Shown here one piece after another: positions 7,668 to 15,933 of a stretch of 24,956 nt of DNA. The translations under genes were made by a program, and so were the position numbers. The stretch is taken from IMG/VR virus record IMGVR_UViG_3300044695_005728, positions 1 through 24,956 of that record. One strand, written 5' to 3'. The stretch is from a virus (Duplodnaviria > Caudoviricetes). The first letter of the stretch is position 1. Each line of letters starts with the position of its first letter. Under the pieces are notes generated by a model that worked only from the letters and a program-made list of their open reading frames with translations, had not been told where the DNA came from and did no database searches.

Positions 7668-9407
7668 CTAGAAATAATATTTTATTCTCTCTAGTATATG
7701 ATAATCTTGCACTATGATTTGAGCTTCTATGTTACCATTCCATTCATTAACACTAAATTTACCAATTAAATCCAATACCACGCATGCAGTGCTCTTTAAA
7801 TCTTCAACCTCTTCTTTAGAAGAGCCAAACTTTATGAATGTAATATCACGATATTTAAATTTTAAAGTTGGAGATTTATCTGGAGATAGTAGTACGATAT
7901 CCTCGTTCTTTATTTTTATTTGCTCGAGCAGGAAAAGAGGTTCGTCAAGTCCTTTGCCCCACAGATGTTTCATTCCAGCTATATCAAGAACTTCTATCGC
8001 CGAGATAGCCAGTGGTGAGTATACATAGTCCAGCATAAACTGATCTGAAAAATCTATATCTGCCAGCTTTTCATTTGCATATTGGACTAGACTGTCAACC
8101 CGATCTTCTTTAATGCCAACCCCAAAAGCATTAGCGTGTCCTTCAGCATACTCAACAATTCCACTATCATTTAAGAAGGTTTTAAAGTCTACGAGCTCAG
8201 ATTTTTCATAGCCCCGACATGATCCCTCAAGCATACCATCTCGAGTCCTACGAAGTAACATTACTGGCTTTTTATATTTACTGATAAGTTTATTTGCTAT
8301 GAGCCCAGATAGATTTTTATCAATCGTCTTTTCAACTATAACCAATATTATTTTATTTGAATCAAGGTTATTATTAACAATGATGTCTTCTATTTCTTGC
8401 GTTCCTTCATCTCTAATTTTGCTTTGTCTTGATTTGACATTATTAACAATTCGACAAGCTTGTTCTAATAAAAGTTCTTTTGCCTCAGGGTCTTTATTTC
8501 CACGCTTCTTAGAAGAGACCTTTAAAGAACGATTTTCTTCTAAAAAACATCTAAAGACAATATCTTTTTCTTCATCTGTTCCTGCTCGTACTACTGCATT
8601 AATTAGTGGAGCAATATAAAAACCAATTGTTGTAGGAGTAATCATAGACTGCATTGAGAACGCTTGACGTTCGACCAGAGCGCTTAAAAAAGCATTTCTT
8701 ATATTTGATACCCCTTTATCAATTAAACGCTTAGTCTCTAAACTACGTATGTCCATCATATCTGCTACCATTCCTAGTGCAACTAGATCGAGCATTGAGT
8801 CAGCAAAATCTGTATTTGCTAAATTATCTAGCACCTTGCAAAATTTATAAACAACTCCAACTCCACTTAACTGTTTATTGGGATAGTCATCTAGCTGTGG
8901 ATTTACGATAGTAGCTGAATCAGAATCTACATTGGCCTCATGGTGATCTAAAATAATACAACTTATTCCAGACTCATATAATTTTCTATGAATCTCTGTT
9001 TGACCAGACCCAGCATCTGGAATAATGACTAGATCGAATTTAGATTGAATATGCTCATCAATGATACTAGAGGATAAACCATGTTCTTTTCCTAGATGGA
9101 TTCTAAATACTACATTTCGATACAGTTCTCGGTTATACATATATATCCAATTTAAAAGTAGGGCGCTCGAAGTATAGCCATCACAATCAGAATCAACTTG
9201 AACAAAGATTCTAGACTCAGAATTTAAATGCTCTAGCAAAGTCTGTGCTGCAAGTTCTATATTATTCAACAGATATGGACTATGTAGAACACTGTCAGTA
9301 GGGTAGATATACTGTCTGATTGAATCAAGTGGTATTCCTCTATTGAAGAATATCTGCTCGGTTGGAGTCAGCCTTCTATCTATTGGATTTATTAATTGAT
9401 ATTTCAT
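7668..9407 (-). CDS. recJ: RecJ-like single-stranded DNA exonuclease (DHH/DHHA1; SPbeta YorK-like)
   Basis: DSDCDG, PDAG, ILDHH, LSGVGV, GMVADMM, GSCRG and GHANAFG motifs; SD AGGAG. Confidence 0.95.
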   Translation of the reverse strand: MKYQLINPIDRRLTPTEQIFFNRGIPLDSIRQYIYPTDSVLHSPYLLNNIELAAQTLLEHLNSESRIFVQVDSDCDGYTSSALLLNWIYMYNRELYRNVVFRIHLGKEHGLSSSIIDEHIQSKFDLVIIPDAGSGQTEIHRKLYESGISCIILDHHEANVDSDSATIVNPQLDDYPNKQLSGVGVVYKFCKVLDNLANTDFADSMLDLVALGMVADMMDIRSLETKRLIDKGVSNIRNAFLSALVERQAFSMQSMITPTTIGFYIAPLINAVVRAGTDEEKDIVFRCFLEENRSLKVSSKKRGNKDPEAKELLLEQACRIVNNVKSRQSKIRDEGTQEIEDIIVNNNLDSNKIILVIVEKTIDKNLSGLIANKLISKYKKPVMLLRRTRDGMLEGSCRGYEKSELVDFKTFLNDSGIVEYAEGHANAFGVGIKEDRVDSLVQYANEKLADIDFSDQFMLDYVYSPLAISAIEVLDIAGMKHLWGKGLDEPLFLLEQIKIKNEDIVLLSPDKSPTLKFKYRDITFIKFGSSKEEVEDLKSTACVVLDLIGKFSVNEWNGNIEAQIIVQDYHILERIKYYF

Positions 9408-9419
9408 ACTCTTCTCCTA

Positions 9420-10454
9420 TCATAGGCTAAATCTTTTTTTATATAAAAACTCAAAGGTCTCGACTCCTCTATCTATAGGAGATTCTTTATAACCCAATTT
9501 ATTAAATTTGTCAAAGATAAATGATACTAATACTTTAGAGCTGAATTTGGAATGTATGGATTGCAGTGCCTTAACTTGTTTCTCAAAAAGTGAATCTCCA
9601 CTTTCTAAGAACTCTTTATCAAATGCTATTACAATTTCCTCAACACCCAAAGATAGAAGTAGTTCTACCTGTACAGCTGATAGATTTGATCCACAGCATG
9701 CAACCGCACAACTATTAGAAAATATATCCATCTTAAGAACTGACTTCTCACCTTCAAATACTATAGCCTTCTTCTGCTCTTTTATATTGTCACTATTAAG
9801 ATCAATCCCATATAAATTAAATGATAGTGGATGAGGATAAGTTTTCCCATTTATATAAGCAGGTCTATACTTTCCTAATACTTCTTCATCTTCTGCCATT
9901 GTTCTTTGTCTTATTCCTATTAGATTTTTATCAACATCATAATGAGGAATAACGACAGCAGAAGTGACAGGATTAAATTTAATATTATATTTTAACATAG
10001 TGTCTATTGATATTCCTTCTTCTTTCCAGTCTTTCACTGGATAAAAAGACAGATAGTTTAATATTTGACCATCATAAAAATTGATCTCCCTCTTAAACTC
10101 CATGTCTGAACAAGCCACCTCAGATTGAGCAGCAGCGAAATAATCTATCTTTATGCGGTTTTGTGTCCATAGAATTGATTGAGTTAGGCTTAGCTCAATA
10201 TTTCTCTGGCGAAATACTCGTGCGATTAAATCAAAGACATCGAACACTTCTCCACAACCAGTATAACATCTGAACAGTTTAGTGTCCATATAATAATATA
10301 ATTTACGACTTCCAGAACCAGCTGAATTGTGGCAGATCGTATCAAATATTAAGCTATTATTTGCGCGCACTGGGGAAGAAGAGCCTAGTTCCTGAAGTAT
10401 CTCGATGACATTGTCATCTGATAAAGCATCTTTTATAACTCTTCTTTCTATCAT
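9420..10454 (-). CDS. dnaG: DNA primase (zinc-binding domain plus TOPRIM; SPbeta YorJ-like)
   Basis: Zn ligands ICHN...CYTGC; TOPRIM motifs FEGEKSV and IAFDKE; adjacent to the helicase. Confidence 0.88.
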   Translation of the reverse strand: MIERRVIKDALSDDNVIEILQELGSSSPVRANNSLIFDTICHNSAGSGSRKLYYYMDTKLFRCYTGCGEVFDVFDLIARVFRQRNIELSLTQSILWTQNRIKIDYFAAAQSEVACSDMEFKREINFYDGQILNYLSFYPVKDWKEEGISIDTMLKYNIKFNPVTSAVVIPHYDVDKNLIGIRQRTMAEDEEVLGKYRPAYINGKTYPHPLSFNLYGIDLNSDNIKEQKKAIVFEGEKSVLKMDIFSNSCAVACCGSNLSAVQVELLLSLGVEEIVIAFDKEFLESGDSLFEKQVKALQSIHSKFSSKVLVSFIFDKFNKLGYKESPIDRGVETFEFLYKKRFSL

Positions 10455-10472
10455 AAGAACACCTTTTTTATT

Positions 10473-12008
10473 TTATAATAACACAGTTTCAGTAGAATTG
10501 TCAACTATAATATCTATGTCTTCGATACTAATAGGCTTATAGTCATTGTCTGTTAAAAAGAGTGGGTTCACTCTACAAATTGAAAGATCAGCATAACACC
10601 AAAGTTTTACTGATTTAAATCGTCCACGTCTATTCTTATAAACATGATGTACTAGATTTGGCATTGGTAAACAAGATGATTGTACATATCCTGCAAGAGC
10701 CTCTTTATCTTGCTCAGAAACAGGAAGAGTAATAATTCCTAAGTCAATCTTATCAGCAATAGCTTTAGCACCTCTAAGCACGTTCTGATTTGAAGTATCT
10801 CTGTTCTCCCAATCTGAATTTAATTGAGTTCCAGAGAGTATAAATACTCCTAGTTCATTACATAAATCTTTTATTTTTATAGCAATCATAAAGAGAATAT
10901 TATCTTCTCTTAGCTTCATTCCTCTAGTTCGTTGAGTTATTTCTTCTAAAATTTTTAATGAAGTATGTATATAATCAAAGGCGATATATCTGACCCCATT
11001 ATCACGAACATTCCTACGAATAACTGCCTCGATGTCTCTAAGCGAAAAATCTGGAAGATGTTCAATCCATAAAGGCGAGTTTGATAATAAGTGAGCTGCT
11101 TTAAAAACACGATTTTCTTCATCTCCATAATATACCCCATTCAGAATATTATCTTCTGAAACTCCGCTTAAAAAGGCTAGTCCCATAGTTTGACATTCAT
11201 CTATATCTAACTCGGTTGTAATGAATAGTGAGGGCTCAGAGCTACCAATAGATACCCATTCTTTCTTCTCTAGATTATAAATTTCATCACAGGCAAAGTT
11301 GCACATATCAGCCATCATCATACGAGATTTACCAACACCAGTAGGAGCTGATCTTAAATAAAACTTCTTTAGTCTAGCTCCTCGTGTTACTGTGTTAATG
11401 AGGGGGCCATATAATGGGATTCCAACTTCTGGCGATTGTTTTAGTCCTTGAATTAAGTCTACTAAACCATCGCCTGCATGCTTCGATACGGACCACGTCT
11501 TACCTAGAAAAGACAGTTTAATTTCTTCTATCTTTTGATCTACCTTATTAGCTAACTCATCAACTTCTAATGAATCTATAAAATCATTTTGTTTTTGTAT
11601 GAGAGCTCGATCTTGTTGATCGGGATCATATAGCCAGTGAACATCAATTCCAAAAGAATCAAATGCTCTTAAAATTGTAAACTTTTTTAATCTATTAAAG
11701 TAGTAGTCAAATGAATCTAGTTGTATTCTACTTTTATCTTGTTCTAACCACTCTGAACCTTGACCATTTGAATATATTTCTTTATAGGCAGGACGAGAAG
11801 ATAAATAGTTTTCTATATCCATAGTGCTTATAGTATTGAGTCCTTGTGATTTTAGATTATATATAGATGCAAAAATAACACGACTAAACTTACTTGTAAA
11901 ATCATCTGCTGAGAAAAAATACTTATCTGCTTGCTCTAATAAAAATGGAAATTTATAAAGAGTTAATAATACATGCTCAGCTGTCTTTTCATCATAATAC
12001 TTAGACAC
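10473..12008 (-). CDS. dnaB: Replicative DnaB-like (SF4) helicase (SPbeta YorI-like)
   Basis: Walker A APTGVGKS, FITTE, Walker B FDYIH, GTQLN, ADKID and arginine finger KNRRGR; GTG start after GGAGG. Confidence 0.93.
   Translation of the reverse strand: MSKYYDEKTAEHVLLTLYKFPFLLEQADKYFFSADDFTSKFSRVIFASIYNLKSQGLNTISTMDIENYLSSRPAYKEIYSNGQGSEWLEQDKSRIQLDSFDYYFNRLKKFTILRAFDSFGIDVHWLYDPDQQDRALIQKQNDFIDSLEVDELANKVDQKIEEIKLSFLGKTWSVSKHAGDGLVDLIQGLKQSPEVGIPLYGPLINTVTRGARLKKFYLRSAPTGVGKSRMMMADMCNFACDEIYNLEKKEWVSIGSSEPSLFITTELDIDECQTMGLAFLSGVSEDNILNGVYYGDEENRVFKAAHLLSNSPLWIEHLPDFSLRDIEAVIRRNVRDNGVRYIAFDYIHTSLKILEEITQRTRGMKLREDNILFMIAIKIKDLCNELGVFILSGTQLNSDWENRDTSNQNVLRGAKAIADKIDLGIITLPVSEQDKEALAGYVQSSCLPMPNLVHHVYKNRRGRFKSVKLWCYADLSICRVNPLFLTDNDYKPISIEDIDIIVDNSTETVLL
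10475..10504 (-). promoter_or_regulatory. Possible SigA promoter for primase-recJ inside the helicase 3' end
   Basis: TTGACA, 18-nt spacer ending TGt, then TATTAT. One -10 mismatch and a longer spacer make it weaker than the other promoters. Confidence 0.45.
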
Positions 12009-12487
12009 TATAAATCCTCCAATGAAATCTCTCTTATTTTATTTATTCCTTCTGCTCGAGGAGAAGAAATATGAATTGTCTTTTTTTGAATATCTACTGC
12101 TCCCTGGGCATTCTCTCTGCCTCTATGAACGCTAGAAAAATACTCTCGAGCTTCTTTATAAAAAAATGGAACGATTCCAATCCCATTAGTTTTCTTGGTT
12201 ATAGGCATATTTTTAATTTTATAGCAATAATATAATGTTCCTGTTATACCACTTATAGTATATCTATACTGTGATTTAAATTGTTTTATTTGTTGCCCAA
12301 TCATTCCAAAGTTTACATTTTCTCCCAAAAGTTCATATAATATCACATTCAATCTTTCTCGATCTTGTCGTTCTTTATCTTCTTCATCAGCACAGTGTTC
12401 ATGGGCATATCTTTTACTAACAACAACAAAGGGTTCTATATTTCTATCTATCTGTTTACTACAATATATACATTTGACTGGTCTCAT
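12008..12487 (-). CDS. Zn-finger replication accessory protein (SPbeta YorH-like; possible helicase loader)
   Basis: N-terminal CIYC...HEHC; lies between the AAA ATPase and the helicase. Start reassigned to ATG 12487 (AAGGTGG ttagc ATG). The loader role is inference. Confidence 0.7.
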   Translation of the reverse strand: MRPVKCIYCSKQIDRNIEPFVVVSKRYAHEHCADEEDKERQDRERLNVILYELLGENVNFGMIGQQIKQFKSQYRYTISGITGTLYYCYKIKNMPITKKTNGIGIVPFFYKEAREYFSSVHRGRENAQGAVDIQKKTIHISSPRAEGINKIREISLEDL

Positions 12488-12502
12488 GCTAACCACCTTG
12501 TT

Positions 12503-12534
12503 AAGAATAAAAGGGGAGGAAATTATCCTCCCCC
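12503..12534 (-). terminator. Intrinsic terminator (possibly leaky) after the Sak4-like gene
   Basis: Stem GGGGAGGA (12513-12520) / TCCTCCCC (12526-12533), 5-nt loop, followed on the minus strand by TTTTATTCTT. Confidence 0.75.
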
Positions 12535-12539
12535 ATAAA

Positions 12540-13514
12540 CTATTTTAATTGCTTTAGTTCAAAAACAATAATGTCTAAAATATCAGCTTGTGCTCGACTC
12601 ATTTCACTAGCTTTTTTACCAATGCCCAAATGGCGTTCAACAATCTCCGTAATCCTGGGAACATTTTTCATTGCATCCTGCTCGATCATTTTAGCTGTGA
12701 TAGTACTAAATTCTTTCATTAGTCCATCAAAGTCATGCTCTATTAGATTGCTAGAGTTGATATTTGACTTAACTGAAGCAATATCAGATCCATCTTCATC
12801 AGTTTGACGCTTTACAGCTTCTTGAATTGCTTTAACTAGATTTCCATAGCTAAATTCAATATAATCAGGAGTATATTTAAAACGTGAGCCAGCTTCAAAT
12901 CGCTGAGTTCCTCGCATAAATAACATTGTTTTACTGCCATCAGCTGTATCAACAGAACGACTATAACCAATAATGTCACACATACGACCTGCAATTAATC
13001 GTGGCTTTGCTGGAAGAGTAGGAATAATTTTATTATACTCTACACCAGTTTCATCTTTAAATACTTTATCTGTCGAGTGACTGATTAAAACTAAACCATA
13101 GTCTAATTGAACCACTGCACGTAATTTAGTATCAAATTCTTTTGCTACTTTGCTATAGCCTCCACCAAAAGGAATATCTCCGATTGATTCTACTCCAGCT
13201 TGAGCACAGATATACTGTTCACAATAATCATACGCAATATCAACTGTATCAATAACAATAGTTTCAAACTTTTCTTTTACACCATCATCTTTTAATTGAC
13301 GAAGAATCTTCAAGAAGTCTGACCAACTATTCATTGGAGCAGCCATAACTCCAGGTAAAGCTGCATAACCCTTTTCAAAAGCTAAAATTAATGACTTTGG
13401 AAACTTACTAGCAGTCGTAGTTTTACCCGACTTTGGTTCTCCATAAAACATTACAGAGTAACCACGAAGGTCATTACTGATTTGATGAGGTTGCAAATTT
13501 AATAAATCTAACAT
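12540..13514 (-). CDS. AAA_24 / Sak4-like ATPase, probable single-strand annealing recombinase (SPbeta YorG-like)
   Basis: Walker A YGEPKSGKTT, Walker B IVIDTVD, LISHS, CDIIGY and AGSRF; adjacent to an SSB-like gene, the usual Sak4 context. Confidence 0.85.
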   Translation of the reverse strand: MLDLLNLQPHQISNDLRGYSVMFYGEPKSGKTTTASKFPKSLILAFEKGYAALPGVMAAPMNSWSDFLKILRQLKDDGVKEKFETIVIDTVDIAYDYCEQYICAQAGVESIGDIPFGGGYSKVAKEFDTKLRAVVQLDYGLVLISHSTDKVFKDETGVEYNKIIPTLPAKPRLIAGRMCDIIGYSRSVDTADGSKTMLFMRGTQRFEAGSRFKYTPDYIEFSYGNLVKAIQEAVKRQTDEDGSDIASVKSNINSSNLIEHDFDGLMKEFSTITAKMIEQDAMKNVPRITEIVERHLGIGKKASEMSRAQADILDIIVFELKQLK

Positions 13515-13532
13515 ATTATTTCTCCTTTTGTT

Positions 13533-14384
13533 TTAAAAATTAAATGTGTTTGTAGCTGGCTTTGCAGTTGTTGTAGTAGTTGTAGGTGCAGCAGGTTTAA
13601 CACCTTGAGTCTTTTCAGCTACTACGATATTTCTAGCTTGAACAGCAGCTGCTAATTCAGCAGGACTCAATTGATCTTCTTCGTATGGAATAGTTTGTGC
13701 TCCAGTAATAACAAGCTCTTTACGAGTATACGATGATCGAACAACTTTTGAATCTCCAAAAGCTGACTCCTCAGCCTTCTCATTTGTTACTGTGTTATTA
13801 ACTTGAACTCCCCAAACCCGTGTAAAAGTATTTGGATCAAGATTAGAAAAGAAGTCTACGCCTTTTTTGTTTTCAACAACAAGACGAATTGGAAGGGCGT
13901 TATTTCTATAGTTAAAAATTAATCCATTAACAACAGCTCGACCTGTTTCTGTTTCATTTCTAATTTCTGGTTGTACAGATTTAATAACAATATCAACTTC
14001 AAACTCAGCTTTAGGGTTTACAGTTGGAACTATATTAATATATCCACCTGCATTAATTAATGCTGTACGAGCTTGACCATCTTTATCTGTCCAGTCATTT
14101 AAATCTAATGCTGAATTAACACGAAGTCGAGTTGGATTAGCTGCTCCATCTTGCTTAGCTGAACCATTTAAATAGATACCATTTAAAATTCCAAACTTTG
14201 CATTGTCCAATCCTTTAGATGTTTTTTGCTGTTCAAATACATCAATAGTAATAACATTGCCTGGCTCTGTTTCAATTTGAAGTCTACCAGAAACATAAGG
14301 AATTCCTGCCTTAGTAACACCAGAACGCAATTCTTTTTCTAGTAAAACTCCTTCAATCATACTCTTATTAATCATTTTTTTCAT
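13533..14384 (-). CDS. Putative phage single-stranded DNA-binding protein (SPbeta YorF position)
   Basis: Beta-rich OB-like pattern (IEGVLLEKEL, EESAFG, ELVITG), flexible Thr/Pro/Ala tail ending in Phe; strong SD and own promoter; upstream of the Sak4-like ATPase. Confidence 0.65.
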   Translation of the reverse strand: MKKMINKSMIEGVLLEKELRSGVTKAGIPYVSGRLQIETEPGNVITIDVFEQQKTSKGLDNAKFGILNGIYLNGSAKQDGAANPTRLRVNSALDLNDWTDKDGQARTALINAGGYINIVPTVNPKAEFEVDIVIKSVQPEIRNETETGRAVVNGLIFNYRNNALPIRLVVENKKGVDFFSNLDPNTFTRVWGVQVNNTVTNEKAEESAFGDSKVVRSSYTRKELVITGAQTIPYEEDQLSPAELAAAVQARNIVVAEKTQGVKPAAPTTTTTTAKPATNTFNF

Positions 14385-14413
14385 GTAGTTTTCTCCTTAT
14401 TCAATATATTATA

Positions 14414-14442
14414 ATTATACTATACTTGTTGAATTTTGTCAA
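14414..14442 (-). promoter_or_regulatory. SigA consensus promoter for the SSB/Sak4 operon
   Basis: TTGACA-aaattcaacaagtatag-TATAAT, 17-nt spacer; overlaps the last codons of the 67-aa ORF. Confidence 0.85.
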
Positions 14443-14623
14443 CTGGTTTAGTGTCGTGCCAGATCTTTAAACATTTCTCAAAATTTTCAGTTCGCTCATA
14501 AACCCAAAAAGTTTTGCCATTGGGATGCGTGCCCTTGCTCATAGAGTGTAGACCATTCGCTTTTAGAAAACGATGAAAGTTAATTGAAAAACATTGAAAG
14601 AAAGTTTTCTTAATAGCTGTCAT
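14420..14623 (-). CDS. Small DUF5659-like phage protein
   Basis: Pattern F.CFS..FHRFLK.NG......G.HP..K.FWVYERT resembles the DUF5659 family of Firmicutes phages; SD GAGAGGA. Confidence 0.65.
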   Translation of the reverse strand: MTAIKKTFFQCFSINFHRFLKANGLHSMSKGTHPNGKTFWVYERTENFEKCLKIWHDTKPVDKIQQV

Positions 14624-14670
14624 TGAAGTTATTCCTCTCAGTATTTTATTTAAAAAATTTCTATAAGATA

Positions 14671-14699
14671 ATTATACCATTTTTATAGGATCGTGTCAA
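14671..14699 (-). promoter_or_regulatory. SigA consensus promoter with extended -10
   Basis: TTGACA-cgatcctataaaaaTGg-TATAAT, 17-nt spacer; overlaps the end of the upstream glycosyltransferase-like ORF. Confidence 0.85.
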
Positions 14700-15420
14700 C
14701 CGAAGTAAAAGACGATTCTCTATTTACTGGATATCTCATTATATCATCAACATTTACACCAGCATATTTTCTAATTTTATTAACTAGTTTCACACCATAT
14801 TTTACACATAAATTTGTTAATATGCTTTGATCGTGTCTATGATCTATAAACTCATCAAAGTTCTTAAAGCCTGAAGTATTTGGTAGATCTGTAACAATAT
14901 ATTTATTCTTACAAAATTCAAACCACTCCTCTAAGAACTTAATATTTTCTGAAGTTTTTTGAAACGCTATAATGCCAGCTTCTACTTGATGAGAGTCCCA
15001 ATATTTAGGACCATCACAATTCATAAAGACAAAACAATCTCTTTTCGTATAAGCCTTTTGACTAAAAAAAGAAGTAGATATTATCTTATCATTTCCTTCT
15101 AAAACCATTCTACTAATAAAGCTTCTAGTTCCTTTAAGAATAGTATCTCCAGAATCTAAATAAAATAGAACATCTCCATCATTCATTTCTTTTAGTGTCT
15201 TGAGTATTAAATATGGCTTCCAAAGCCAGTATCCAGCTCCACGATCTAAATTAAGAATTTCTTTATTTTCTTTATAAAATTCTGTGCCTATAATATCTTT
15301 ATCTGTATAGGCAAATATAGAGTCAAATCCATCCATTTGAGCCTTTTCTACTAATGCTTTTTGTTGATTAAAGTATTTATAATTAGCAAAGCAACAAAAA
15401 TTAATCTTGATATAAATCAC
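14683..15420 (-). CDS. Putative glycosyltransferase (GT-A-like viral family)
   Basis: RGAGYWLWKPYLI, YLDSG (DxD-like position), TKRDCF and HRHDQSIL motifs are typical of a GT-like family common in large aquatic phages and giant viruses. Start uncertain (GTG 15420 or ATC 15411). Confidence 0.65.
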   Translation of the reverse strand: MIYIKINFCCFANYKYFNQQKALVEKAQMDGFDSIFAYTDKDIIGTEFYKENKEILNLDRGAGYWLWKPYLILKTLKEMNDGDVLFYLDSGDTILKGTRSFISRMVLEGNDKIISTSFFSQKAYTKRDCFVFMNCDGPKYWDSHQVEAGIIAFQKTSENIKFLEEWFEFCKNKYIVTDLPNTSGFKNFDEFIDHRHDQSILTNLCVKYGVKLVNKIRKYAGVNVDDIMRYPVNRESSFTSVDTIL

Positions 15421-15432
15421 CTCTTAAGTAAT

Positions 15433-15461
15433 ATTATATCATTTTTAAATGAATTAGTCAA
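15433..15461 (-). promoter_or_regulatory. SigA promoter with extended -10 for the glycosyltransferase-like gene
   Basis: TTGACT-aattcatttaaaaaTGa-TATAAT, 17-nt spacer. Confidence 0.8.
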
Positions 15462-15498
15462 TAAAAAAAGGAGCTACTAATATATAATTAGTAACTCC
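15461..15498 (-). terminator. Intrinsic terminator closing the gmd-fcl-nrdIEF transcription unit
   Basis: Minus strand GGAGTTACTAAT-tatat-ATTAGTAGCTCC (12 bp with one G-U pair) followed by TTTTTTTAT. Confidence 0.85.
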
Positions 15499-15504
15499 AG
15501 ATAA

Positions 15505-15933
15505 CTAACTAGTTCTTGTAGATCTTGGATGCTCTTTTGGAAGAAGATCATTGTCTGTTACATATTTTTTATCTTTAGGCTTACCATTTTTTAAAAGGTA
15601 TAAATATGCATTAACTCTAGCCATAGCCCATTGTGCTCTAGTAACACCAGGTCTATGAGATGTAGAATATGCTCCAGCACCTCTACGATACACAGCTTTC
15701 AGTTGTCCCAAAGTAGTTTTAGCCCAAACAGGCTTATCGAGTTTTTCCATTTCCGCATTGTGCTCAGAAACTTTATTTCTTAGACCCACTTCTGTACTTT
15801 CATCAATCTCAATGTCTCCACCAGGGCCTTGAGCACTTCCTGGTTTATTGACATCACTACCTTTGATTCTATCTCGCTTAGGAGCAGGCGTCCCTTGTCC
15901 AGTTTTAGTAGCCCACTGAGTTAGTCCGAAGTC
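15505..15933 (-). CDS. DUF5824-like basic domain; probably the C-terminal, -1 frame part of the upstream gene
   Basis: Contains the LKAVYRRGAGAYSTSHRPGVTRAQWAMARVNAYL motif. The frame stays open and protein-like for 48 codons upstream of the track's GTG (15789), back to the A9G run, with no SD or start of its own. Confidence 0.65.
   Translation of the reverse strand, partial: DFGLTQWATKTGQGTPAPKRDRIKGSDVNKPGSAQGPGGDIEIDESTEVGLRNKVSEHNAEMEKLDKPVWAKTTLGQLKAVYRRGAGAYSTSHRPGVTRAQWAMARVNAYLYLLKNGKPKDKKYVTDNDLLPKEHPRSTRTS

Noticed and set aside
10955-11140. 61-aa alternate-frame ORF inside the helicase
   Set aside because: Fully nested in the conserved DnaB motor domain, with no motif or convincing SD.
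12080-12088. In-frame A_AAA_AAG in the Zn-finger gene (and another near the end of fcl at about 19921-19927)
   Set aside because: The -1 frames reach stops within a few to about 15 codons and join nothing. They show that the heptamer arises by chance in this AT-rich DNA, a caveat for the 15933 site.
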